Shown here: positions 26,401-39,500 of the stretch, piece after piece
How the letters are laid out: each line of letters begins with the position of its first letter
Position numbering within the stretch: position 1 is the stretch's first letter
DNA from: Octopus sinensis
Taxonomy: Eukaryota
Assembly (NCBI RefSeq): GCF_006345805.1
Contig: NC_043013.1
Coordinates: forward strand, 22,568,001-22,632,000
Direction: 5' to 3'
DNA length: 64,000 nucleotides
Translations under genes and position numbers: made by a program
The notes under the pieces: model-generated
Told to the model about the DNA's origin: nothing
The model's database searches: none
What the model saw: only the letters and a program-made list of their open reading frames with translations

Positions 26401-29400
26401 GAAATTTGGCTTCTATTTCTAGCAGGATCAGTGTCTCTGTAGAGTCTCTCTTATTAGCTCATTAAGTGTTTTAAGTGAAGTGCGTTTTTGTGAAGGGATG
26501 GTTTTGTATTGCGATCATGCATTCAAGATTCTAGACTGCTGTTTTATACTCATCCACTGAGTCTGCAACCCGAAAGGACCTGAGTTCAATTCCTAGCTGC
26601 AATCTGCCGAAGTACAAATGTGTGAGGGGTTGTTGTTTAGCCCCAGGTCATCTCACTTTGAGTATTCTAACTCATCTTTTTAGAAAAGTATGAGAATATC
26701 TAATGTGCCCTTTCCATATTTAAGATGGGGGTTCATGAATTTTAGGGTAAGTTCATTATATTTAGCAGACTGAGCAAATGTATTGCAACTCTTTTATTGC
26801 CTGCTGGGGTGTGGAGATCAGTTTCAGCAATGAAACCTGTGATAAACATTTGATTCGTTGTTAAGCCATTTCATTTGGCCATTGGTCAAGAGAGTGACGG
26901 GTTCCAGCAGGTCCACATCTTTCTGGACTTGAAGATGAAGCCACTGTGATGCCCCGACAACTTATTCATGGAAGAGCTATTTACATTGTTAATTTGTTAG
27001 AGAAAATGTTGAAACACTCGCATATTATCATTTCTTTACTTTTCACTAGAAATCTAAGGAATCAAAATGGTCTGTGATATGTTCTGGTGAATATTGTCAT
27101 GGTTCCCTACACAGGAACATAGCCATTGAAATTCTAAGGGAGAAAAGAGTCAATTCTATGGATTCTAGTGCATGACCAATTATGTTTCTAAATGTTTGTC
27201 TTTTCCCTTTATTTCAGGAAGTCGATAAAAGTGGTACTGGTTCTATAGGATTTGAAGAATTTGCAGCCCTGTTCCGTAACTTAATTCATGTGCCATCTGT
27301 AAGTTTTCTTCTGTTTTATCTGCTATATCTGTTACATCTGTCACATCTCTATAGCTTTTGGCTGCTGCTGAAATTCCAGCCTACTCCTTGACTGGCCCCT
27401 CTATATCTGTTACATCTGTCACATCTCTATAGCTTTTGGCTGCTGCTGAAATTCCAGCCTACTCCTTGACTGGCCCCTCTCATCAGTAAATCCCGTGTTT
27501 CAGTGATGTCTACAGCATCTTCCATTCTACTACTGCCTCTGGTTCTATTATGTAGAGGTAGATACCGCCAGAGGGTTGCTGAGGCTCAGAAGAGCTTAAC
27601 ATTAAACAGACAAAGGATAAATTTCTGTCTTTGCATATGTAATTCTAAAATGTTTATTATTCACAGATATCTATAATTTCACCTTTTATGTTATTCCTGT
27701 AGACTTTGGGCGAAAGCCCATTAATCCAATTTGTTCATTACTGAATTTTTTATGTGTGGCACCAGCACTAGAGAGGTTACCAAGTCATGAGAAAAAAAAA
27801 ATAAAGAGTTCCCTTCACCTTACATTGTCTCTGATTATCTGCCAGCAACTTTACAGAGTGTATTGGGTGAAAGCTCTTTTGTCTTGTTAGGGACAAAGTA
27901 ATCTTACCAGGGCTGGCACTTCTATAAAATGCACCCAATACACTCTGTAAAGTTGTTGGCAGATAATCAGAGACAATGTAAGGTGAAGGGAACTCTTTAT
28001 TTTTTTTCTCATGACTTGGCAACCTCTCTAGTGCTGGTGCCACAGTTAAGGTGTACTCTGTACAATCTGTAAAGTAGTTGATGTTAGGAAGAGCATCCAG
28101 CTGTTGTAACTGGGTCAAAAAGTAGAAACTACAAGCAAGATATGGTCTCCCTGTCTATCTTGGAGGACAGCAACTACAAATACAAAGTGGCCTGGATCAT
28201 GGGAAGAAAATGTAAACCATAGACAATGACAGATAATCAGTGAGTGGGTGGGTCCCTTTGCCTGCTAACAAGAATCTCAAATTCATTTCTTCGAGAATTG
28301 TTGTAACATTTTTTTCTTTTTTTTCTTTAAGAGGGAAATTTCAGTTACCTTTTACTTGTTTCAGTCATTAGACTGTGGCCATGCTGGGGCACCACCTTGA
28401 AGAATTTTAATTGAATGAATTGAACTCAGTACTTTTTTTTTAAGCCTGATACTTGTTCTATCGGTCTCTTTTCCCAAACTGCTAAGTTACCACAATGCAA
28501 ACAAACCAACACCAGTTGTCAAGCAATGGTGGGTGTAACAAACATAGACACACATACATACATACATTCAACCCTATCCCTCATTCATGGCTGTTGAAGT
28601 GCCTACATCTGGTAAAAGTACCTACTACCTTAATTGCTGCTACAGAGAGACTCAGAAAGGCATGGAAAACAATACTTACCCTTACAACCGAGAACCGAAT
28701 ATTTGTTTCTGATAGTATAGGCATTACAAAGGGAATATTCCAGGGAGATAGTCTTTCTGTACTTCTTTTCATTTTGGCACTGAATCCATTATTGTTCCTA
28801 CTGCAAGACTTTTCTCAGGTTCCAAATGTGGATTTGTCTGTGTTAACTACATCCCAAACATGAAGCCTTGTATCTTTGTTGGAAACTGGTTCCTTCCTCA
28901 GTGGAAGATTTATAATAATTAAAAAATAGAAGAGACATGCATAAATTATCATCATCATCATATGTCCATTTTCCATGCTGGCATGGTTCAGACGGTTCAA
29001 CTGGTGTCTGGAAAGCCAGGAGGCTATACCAGGCACCAGTCTGATCTGGCAATGTTTTTACAGCTTGATGCCCTTCCTAATACCAACCACTCCGAGAGTG
29101 TAGAGGGTGCTTTTTACATGCTACTGGCACAGAGGCCAGAGGGCGCTGGCATCGGCCACGTTCGGATTGTGCTTTTTACATGCCACCAGCACAGGGACCA
29201 CAACTCCAATTTCCATTTTATTGTGATTTGATTTCATTTGATGTTGATGTACTTGACTCAGTAGGTCTCCTCAATCATGGCATGTTGCCCCACGACCCAA
29301 GGGTACTTTTTGAGTTGGCTGGTTATGCGACACTGGCATAGGTTACAGCTATGATCTCACTTTATGACAGGCTTCTTTCAGTTTCTGTCTACCAAATCCA

Positions 29401-31424
29401 TTCACAAAGCTTTGGTGAGCCTGAGGCTATAGTAGAAGACACTTGTTCAAGGTGCCATGCAGTGGGACTGAACCCAGAACCATGTTGTCAGGAAGCAAGC
29501 TTCTTAACCACACAGCCATACCTGTGCTTAATTGAGAAAATGTTTTTTGCAAGCATCTTTTAGTGCATCATACCTTGTCTTGCAAAAGGAGTGTAATCTG
29601 GGCAATTAGTGTATATAATTTGTGTATATATTAAAGCTAATGACAGAAACTAGATTAAACTATTTCACTGTAGCTTTTGATAAACTATTGTATTTTTATT
29701 ATATTATATTTATATATGTGTTTTTATTGTATTTTCAGATTATCACAGAAAGGTTCTCCAATTATTTTGAATTCAGTGGGAATATTAGGTAAGCATTGAT
29801 CTGTTTTGCATCCATTTCCATTATTTTACAAAAACATACCAAAACAGGCACTTATTATGTTACATTCTTTGATCAAACTCTGAATTGGTTTCGTGGCCTA
29901 GTGAAGGGCAATTGAGAAACCGAGTCACTTAGAGGTGGGCCAATAACATGAAGAAACTGCTTTTGTGTAGCTCAAAGCTCAGCTAAGTCCTTCAAATCTC
30001 AAATCTATTGGATTGGAAGCACTCCGTCGGTTACGACGATGAGGGTTTCGGTTGATCCGATCAACGGAACAGCCTGCTCATGAAATTAACGTGTAAGTGG
30101 CTGAGCACTCCACAGACACATGTACCCTTAACGTAGTTCTCGGGGATATTCAGCGTGACACAGAGAGTGACAAGGCCGGCCCTTTGAAATACAGGTACAA
30201 CAGAAACAGGAATTAAGAGTGAGAGAAAGTTGTGGTGAAAGAGTACAGCAGGGATCACCACCATGCCCGGTCTGGGAATCGAAACTGCGATCCTATGACC
30301 GCGAGTCTGCTGCCCTAACCACTGGGCCATTGCGCCTCCTTAAATCTATTAATAAAAAAATGACAGCATGTTCCTGCTTTTGAGGGAAAGTTTTTAAAGA
30401 ACTGAAGCTTTTCTTCTCTACAATCTTGTTCTATTGTTGTCTGTTCAACTGGATTAATGGGCAAGTCATGCTGACTTTGTATCTACAATGAATTTCACTT
30501 TCTGTGTGTGTTTGTGTGTGTGTGTGTATGAATGAAGTTAAATTCACTGCATGTGAAATGTATAACAAAGGGGTACTGAAAAAGTTCCTGTCTTTAAGAG
30601 TATCACAAAAGGCTTGTTTGGAGGCCCCCAACCTTTCAAGTCCTTTTACAGAGCTTAGGAGAATGGAAGGACCACAGCAATAAGTGTGTGAATGTGTTGA
30701 ATGAAATCCTGATTAACTGATCCTCCTGTATTTTCTTTTACCCAAAGCCAGGAACTTTCCAACGCCTCCTCGTATGTGTGTATGTGATTATTATCATTAT
30801 TTTAAGGTTCACTTTTCCGTGCTTGCATGGGTCAAACAGAATTTTTGAAAATTGCTATTTTTAAATCTCACAACAAGAGATACTCAACAACAGAATTTGT
30901 TGAAGTAAATTTTCTATGGCTGGATGCCTTTGCTTTCACCAACCCTCACATGTTTCCAAGCAAGGTATTATTTGAAACTCCTCTCCCCCACCATCATGGC
31001 TGAACAATGTTTTCACAGAAAGTTGAAAGTGAATAACATTCATTGACAGCAATCATGTGACGTCAAGTCAAGGAGAGACAAGCGCTGACGTATGTATACA
31101 CAGACACACACACATGCATCACTGCACGCACTGACATATGCTCGTACAATGAGACAGGGAGGGGAGGGCACGCAAAAGTTATGCCCTATTTATTTACTTC
31201 ATGAGCTGAGAATTAAAAAAATGTGTGTGTGTGTGTGTGTATATATAATGTATATATGTATATATGTGCAATTAGGAAAAAAGACAAAGATAATATATCA
31301 TTATAGACAGCCAGTGAACACATTGGATAGATTAGGCAAAGGTACACATGCACACAGATATATATGTGTATTTATATACATTTATTCTTTGTCTTCCCTT
31401 TCTCTCTCTCTCTCTCTCTGTATG

Positions 31425-31455
<31 letters not shown>

Positions 31456-31656
31456 GGAGAGAGAGAGACAGACAGACTCACACACACACACATATATATA
31501 CCTGTACATACATGCATAGATATATATAAATGTTTGTTTTATGTTCAGTGATAGGAAAAACAATTTCACATTAATGTGATGGATTACTCTGTACTTTTGT
31601 AGAGTCCAATGATAACTTAACTTCAAAGTCACTATCAACAACATTCTTGTATAAGA

Positions 31657-31699
<43 letters not shown>

Positions 31700-32404
31700 A
31701 ACACACGTACACGAACACATGGCCTAGTGGTTAAGGTGTTGCAGTCACAATCCACCAATCATGTTTCAATTCATAGACTGGGTGGTGTATTGGACACTTG
31801 AGCAAAACTCTTCATCTTGTGCTGCCCTGTGATCACGCCCCTGTTCAGGCAACGTCAATTTGATGGCAGGAGTCGGCTAAGGTCCAGCATGTACGTTAGA
31901 TCACCAGGGACAAAGCATTTGTGCAGCTCGTTCGGCAAAAGACGAACACTTGTACGTTGTCTTTGACAGGAGAACCCATCACACACACATATGTAAATAC
32001 TCGTTTGCTCTTTTCAGTCATTTGACTGTGGCCATGCTGGAGCATGGCCTTTAGTCAAGCAAATCGACCCCAGGACGTATTCTTTGTAAGCCTAGTACTT
32101 ATTCTATCGGCCTCTTTTGACGAACCGCTAAGTTACGGGGATGTAAACACACCAGCATCGGTTGTCAAGCGATGTTGAGGGGACAAACACAGACACACAT
32201 ACATATATATATATATACACATATATACAATGGGGTTTTTCAATTTCCGTCTACTAAATCCACTCACAAAGCTATGGTCAGCCTGAGGCTATAGTAGATG
32301 ACACTTGGCCAAGGTGCCGCACAGTGGGACTGAACCCAGAACTATGTGGTTGGTAAGCAAGCTACTTATCACACAACCACTCCTGCACATTAGACATGTA
32401 TGTG

Positions 32405-32463
<59 letters not shown>

Positions 32464-33815
32464 CAAAAGCAGATCAAGATAGAAATGTAAAAAGAAATTG
32501 TAGTTGTGGCCAATGCCAGTGGCACCCATGCTGGTGGCACATAAAAAGCACTATCTGAACATGGTCAAAGCCTATCCAACCCCAACTGGCTCCTGTGCAG
32601 GTAAAAAGCAGCATCCAAACATGGTTGATGCCAGTGCTGCCTGACTGGCTCTCGTGCCAGTGGCACATAAAACGCACATGCTACACTTTCGGATTGGTTG
32701 GCATTAGGAAAGGCATCCAGCTGTTGAAACCATGCCAGATCAGATTGGAGCCTGGCACAGCCTACTGGTTTGCCAGGCCCCAGTCAAACCGTACAACCCA
32801 TGCCAGCATGGAAAATGGACGTTAAATGATGATGATGATATATATATATATATATACATACACACACATAATCACACTCACACATACACACAATGTCTGA
32901 CATTTACACTTACTTTTGGCTTTTCTGTTCTCATTTTCAGAACCATGTCACCTGAAAATTTTCAACTATTTTTGCTACAAGAACAAAGAGTGAGTATTTC
33001 CACAAAGGTTTTCTATTAATAAAAAACAAAACAAAAGAGAGTTGTCAGAGTTTGAAATGGATTCATTCTGTGTGTGTGTGCCTCATGAGATTCTTTTATT
33101 CTTTCATTCTTATACTTGTTTCTGTCATTTGACTGTGGCCATGCTGGAGCATTGCCTCTAGTCAAACAAATTGACCCCCTGGACTTAATCTTTGTAAGCC
33201 TAGCACTTATTCTATTGGTCTCTTTTGCCGAACCGCTATTTCATGGGGACTTAAACACACCAACATCAGCTGTCAAATACATACGTACACATACATACGT
33301 ACACACACACACACACGCGCACACACACACACAACCAAATAAAAGAATGGTATTATTTCTAAAAATAACCACATTAGTGGCTGCAAGTATACAGCCTAGT
33401 TAGGGTACAACATGAGCACCAGCTTTGCTAAAAATAGGAGTCAAAATACTTCTAAGCCCCAGAAGAATCACTAAATTAATGCAGGTATGATTGAAAACAA
33501 ATTTTAATGAACAAGAATAGCATCTTCCCTCCGCCAAGGATGTACAAGGAATGTCAGTTAATTTGATATCATGATTTTGAATTTAGTTCCAAAGGTGCCC
33601 GATTCTCCTCAGTCAAATCGGCCAGGGACAGCTACTAGAATTTGCTAGCGTCATGCCTGTAAATTCATTTGAGTGGTTGAACACCACTGAAACAAATTAA
33701 CCTTGTGAAATGATTCATAGATATAAAAGAACGATATTATTTCTAAAAATAATATCATTAATGGCTGCAAGAATAAAGCCATAGAGGCAAAATTAATAAT
33801 TATATATAAATATAC

Positions 33816-33850
<35 letters not shown>

Positions 33851-34332
33851 CTGGGGGTACTACATGAGCACCGGCTTCGCTAAAAATAGCAGTCAAAATA
33901 CTTCTAATCCATGACATTCTAAGGACAGGACATCTTCTTTCCCTCTCTTTCCTCTTTTCAAAGAAAATATTTCTCCCAGAATTCACTATTTTCCTCTTGT
34001 TCTGGTTTAACAACCCTCCTTGTTTGTTTTCGTTTGGTTTCCTTGTATGTCTCCACTGTCCTAGTTTTGTTCCCAACTTTGACCGTCCATAAATCACTAA
34101 TTTTATTTTGGAATTTATGGGAGCAACTGTCTTCGAAGTTGCATATTGTTGTTTAATGTTCGAAATGAGGAGTAGATAGACAGCCGACAACTGATGAAGG
34201 GTCGTTCTTTGTGTTACTTATGCTGGGTTCAATCTCACTGTGCAGCACTTCGAACAGGTGTCTTTTACTATGGCCCCAGGCCTGCCAAAGCTTTTCGGGT
34301 AGAGTTGATTGATGGAAACTAAATGAAGCCTA

Positions 34333-34369
<37 letters not shown>

Positions 34370-36282
34370 ACAAAATACCTTGTGTTGTTCAATCCAGATT
34401 GTTACATTCTGAATTCAAATCCCATTCAAGAAATTTTTATTGTTTGCCTTCTGGGGTTAATAAATAATCTACTGGTCAGACTTGTTAGAATTGGAATGGC
34501 GAGTAGGATACCTTGAGGTATTTCTTTCAGTCCTTTGCTTTCTAAGTTCAGATCCTTCCATAGCCTTCTTTGATGGTTGATTTAATCTGTTGGTTAGCAA
34601 ACAGAAGTTCCTGGTCTTTGGGTAACTTTAGCAGAGTTTAACCTGTTGCAAAGCATTCTAGTCAGGTTGTTGGGAAGACAACTTTGTTCCTTCTGGCATT
34701 GTTGCAGGCCCCACAAAGACTGTTCAATACTGACCTTTCCCTTAGACTAAGTTTAATGTAAAAACATATTAACGTTCGATTGATTTTATTTTTGTTTCAA
34801 CTTTTAATGAAAAATTTATTTTTTAAACTTATTTTCAGGATTCAAGTGCCAATGATATCAATGTTGTGAAAGACATCATGAAAACTCACCTGGACGATGC
34901 AGTGAGAGCAGCTGCTGAGCCTTATTTTACTGAACAAGAGGTTAGTTGTAGAGTTTGCATGTACAAACGTGCAACACTGTTGTGACATAGCCAGGTATAA
35001 AGGAACAAAACATAAACATCAGGTCTTCCCATAAGTTCTGTCTGATTTTACCTTTTTTAAAATTGAATGAAATTTAAAAGTATTTTAGAATGTCTAATGG
35101 AATTAAGAATTATTTTTGTGCATTTATGAAGATTTAAACCAATTAAATATTATTTTACAGAATAATAGAATTAAAATTTCTTTGATTAAAACCTTTTTTA
35201 ACATGGATGTATCCAAAGAGCATTTGAGGTACTTTATGAGTACTAAAAAGGAAACTCTGCCAAAGAGACTCGAAAAATACACTCAGCTTATGGGAAAGAA
35301 TGCTTGAATGAAAGAACTTGCAGAAGATGGTTTGAAAAATTCAGAAGTGGAGATTTCAGCCTTGAAGATGAAGATCGAACAGGATATCCAGTTGAGTTTG
35401 ATAAGCTCCTTGAGGCATTATTTGAAGAAAATCCTGCATTATCAGTTGAAGAGTTGGCAATAAAGCTTAGTTCAAACTATACAACTGTTCATCGTCATCT
35501 TCAACAACTTGGAAAGATTCCTAAACTTGGAAAATGGGTGCCTCATGAATTGTCAGAAAGCAACTGCAAATCCCAAATTGACATCTACTCTTCTCTCCAT
35601 TCGCGCAAACTCATTTCACCTCTTTTGGATAAACGTGTGACTGGTGATGAAAAATGTATCTTCTATCGGAATGTTAAACGTCGTAAACAGTGGTTTGGTA
35701 AAAGGGAAAAAGCTCAACCACAACCGAGAATGGAACTTCATGGGGAAAAGGTTCTTCTCTCTATCTGATAGGATCGCAAAGGAGTAATTCACTTTGAATT
35801 GTTACCACCTAATGCAACAATCAATGCTCAAGTCTACTGTCAGCAATTTTAGCGTTTGAACCAAGTTTTGAAGAAAAAAAGACCCGCTCACTGGTAAAAT
35901 TTGATCACATGTTTTCTTTTTTAAAATTCGGACAGAACTTATGGGATAACCTGATATATATATATATATATAATCAGTGTGCATTCAAAGCCAGTGAACA
36001 GTAATTGACGATATCCAATGTGCATTTTCACTTTTTTCTTCTTACTTTCCCTATATCTTTTCTACGTGTAGTTTCTATTTTCTTTTTTGAAACATATTTC
36101 TATTATATATATGGCGGGGAGCTGGCAGAATCGTTAGCATGCCAGCCAAAATGCTTAGCAGTATTTTGTCTGCCGTTCATCCTTTCAGGGTCGATTAAAT
36201 AAGTACCAGTTATGCACTGGGGTCGATGTAATCAACATAATCACTTTGTCTGTCCTTGTTTAGCCCCCTGTGGGCAATAAAG

Positions 36283-36325
<43 letters not shown>

Positions 36326-36450
36326 GTAATACCTCAATATATGAGTTAATTCATTCCCAGAGAATGTTTGTAAAGTGAAAATTCGTAAACAGAAAATAAA
36401 ACTCTTAAAAACTCGTAAAACCAGGTCCTCGAAAAGTGAGATATTACTGT

Positions 36451-36512
<62 letters not shown>

Positions 36513-39500
36513 CACACACTTATACATACATACACACTTGCCACACTCGCATTTAATTTATTTTATTGTCGTTGTTTTCTTCACAGTTTGAAGATTATTT
36601 ATTTTCTAAACCAAATCAAGTTTGGGACACAAAATACGACAAAGTGACGCAAGACATGAACCACCCTTTGTCTCACTATTGGATTGCTTCTTCTCATAAC
36701 ACGTAAGTACACATTTCGATGCTTCTCTCTGACGACTGCCTTTCTGGGCACTCATATATGCACTTCTCTACTTACACATGTGTACGAGTGCGTTTGTTGA
36801 AAGCTCCCGTGCCGGTGCCACATATAGAGGCTCCTCTGCTGGTGCCATGCATAGAGCTTCCACTCTGGCACCACAGAAAAGGCTTCTGTGCTGGTGCCAT
36901 GTAAAAAAAAGCCCTTCAGTACACCCTGTTAAGTGGTTGATGTTAGGAAGGGCATCCAGCCGTTGAAACCATGCCTAAGCAGACGATTGGAACTTGGTTC
37001 AGTTCTTGCCCTTACCAATTCCTGTCAAACCATCCAACCCATTACAGCATAGAAAACAGATGTTAAATGATGATGATGATGATGGATTTAACTGTTGTTG
37101 ATGGTAATGATGTTGTTGTTATTGTTGCAGTTATTTAACCGGTTGTCAATTAAGGAGTGACTCATCTGTGGAAGCCTATGCCCGGTGCTTGAGAATGGGT
37201 TGTCGGTGTATTGAATGTAAGTAATGTTATTCTCTATCATTCCACTTATACCTTGTTGTTGTTTATCCTCAAATCTGTTTCGGATCAAGCAAACCCTTTG
37301 ACCACAGCTGTTCTGACCATAATAACTATTCCATGTTTTTTTTTTGGAGCTTCAGTGTATTGAGCACCACTTAATGCATTGAACTCCCTGTTTTAAAGCT
37401 AATAGTGTGGTTTCAGTGAGATTTGGCTGCTATTTCTAGCAAGTTAACCATGTAGAAGTTCCTTTTTAAGATGGACTGAAAGGGTCTGACATGACTGATC
37501 CCATTAAATACAAGCAGCATTTATTACAAACATTATTCAACTTCTGTCAGAACTAATCCACTACCATCATTTGACCCAGCTCCCTACTTCGTCTAGATTT
37601 AGCTCCCTATCACACCTTAGCTCAGTTCCCTACTGATGCTAGCCCTGCTCCCTTATTGTATGTTGGTCTTGTTCCTTACTGTATGGAATGGATGTTGAAG
37701 CTGATATTCATGTTTCTTATCTTCCAGTGGATTGTTGGGATGGCCCTGAAGGTTACCCACACATAACACATGGCCTTACATTAACCAGTAAAATAAAATT
37801 CCTTGATGTCCTCAAAACCATTGCTGAACATGCCTGGGTGACAACAGAGTAAGTAACTCCATTTCCATTTATTAATCTTTCTTCAAGTTGTTCTTGTTCT
37901 TCTTCTTTTTGGCAATATGTTGTTTAGTCTTGAGTCTGACCTCATCAAAGGTATTTCCACTGTGATCATCTAGCTTCATTTTCCAGATATAATACATTTA
38001 GGACTGGGTGCGATTTGAAGGGAACTCAGCTGTTTTTTCTAGCAGGTTGAGCAACCGTGTACAGGTTTCCTTGTTGACTCAGTGTTTGTCATGTGTTTCT
38101 GGTTTATGAAATCAATATGTGATGGATGTCAGCTTCGTGGCTGTTTATTATTGAGAGAGAAAAGACATCTTTTGTTGCTAGGTGAAGGGACGAAATCTTC
38201 AGGTTGTTCCAATATAAGTTCATTGTTGCAATTCTAGCCAAAATAGCAGAATGGGTTTTATCTCAAATGGATTTCTCATTTTAGACATCTGCAAAGAACA
38301 TAGCCATGAGGATTATCCCTGGGATTTGATGCTACAAAAATAGCTTCTCTGCAGTCACGAGTTGGAATATATGTATATGTATGTATGTATGTGTGTGTGT
38401 GTGTGTATGTATATATATATATATCTCCGTGCCGGTGGCATGTAAAAAGCACCAACCGATTGTGGCCGTTGCCAGCCTCACCTGGTACGTAAAAAGCACC
38501 CACTGCACTCACGGAGTGGTTGGCGTTAGGAAAGCCATCCAGCTGTAGAAATACTGCCAGATCAGACTGGAGCCTGGTGCGGCCTCCTGGCTTCCCAGAC
38601 CCCAGTCGAACCGTCCAACCCATGCCAGCATGGAAAAACGGACGTTAAACGATGATGATTGATGATGATGACATTAATGTCAGTAAAGTTATTTCTGTTC
38701 ATGTATTATTTTATTAACAGTATTGTTATTTTTTTTCCTTCCTTCCATTTCAGTTACCCCCTGATTTTATCAATAGAGAATCACTGTACACTCCCACAAC
38801 AGCGGAAGATGGCAATGGCTTTCAAAGACATGTTCCGGGGTGGGTTATTTAAAGCTTTCTAAGCTTCTTCATCTATTTTTTACTTGCCAGCATGGATTTT
38901 TGCTTATTTCTCTACATTTTTAAAATATCTTTAGACGCTGTTTAATATTCTACTCTCTGTTTTTTTGTTTTTCTTTTCCATATATTTCCAGATGACTTAC
39001 TTGTTGATTTTATTGACAAAGATGAAACGCAATTACCTTCCCCTAATCAACTACGTAAAAAGATCCTTTTGAAGGTTTGTCAAAATTATTATCTTTTCTC
39101 CCTTTGTGACAACAATTTCCTTTTAGACGTTTGCATTTACACTTTCAAAAGAGAAAAAGAAAACTTGTGTTGAGCTGTAGAGTAAACCTCTGATGACAAT
39201 TCTAGACGACACCATACAGTGTATGTTTTAATAAGCTTGGTAGCTATTAAGGATTTTATTCTAATGGAAGGACTTAATAAGTATTTGCAGCCAACTTAGA
39301 AAATATTCCTGGAATTAATCTCTACTGTCCAACCCATGCCAGCATGGAAAACGGACATTAAACAATGATGATGATGATGACTTGGCTGTTTTGTGTTCTT
39401 CTGTGTAGCGTGTGTTCTTTCTAACCTTCTGCCAAACTCTATTTTCAAATTTTTTTCTTGTTTTATATTTCTAGAACAAAAAATTGCAAAAAGGTGCCGA

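Noticed and set aside
30265-30339. tRNA gene
   Set aside because: tRNA-like head continues into a SINE body; no complete acceptor stem or T-run terminator.
35304-35768. Functional transposase or SETMAR-like host gene
   Set aside because: Frameshifted 5' part, stops and deleted catalytic region; no SET domain.
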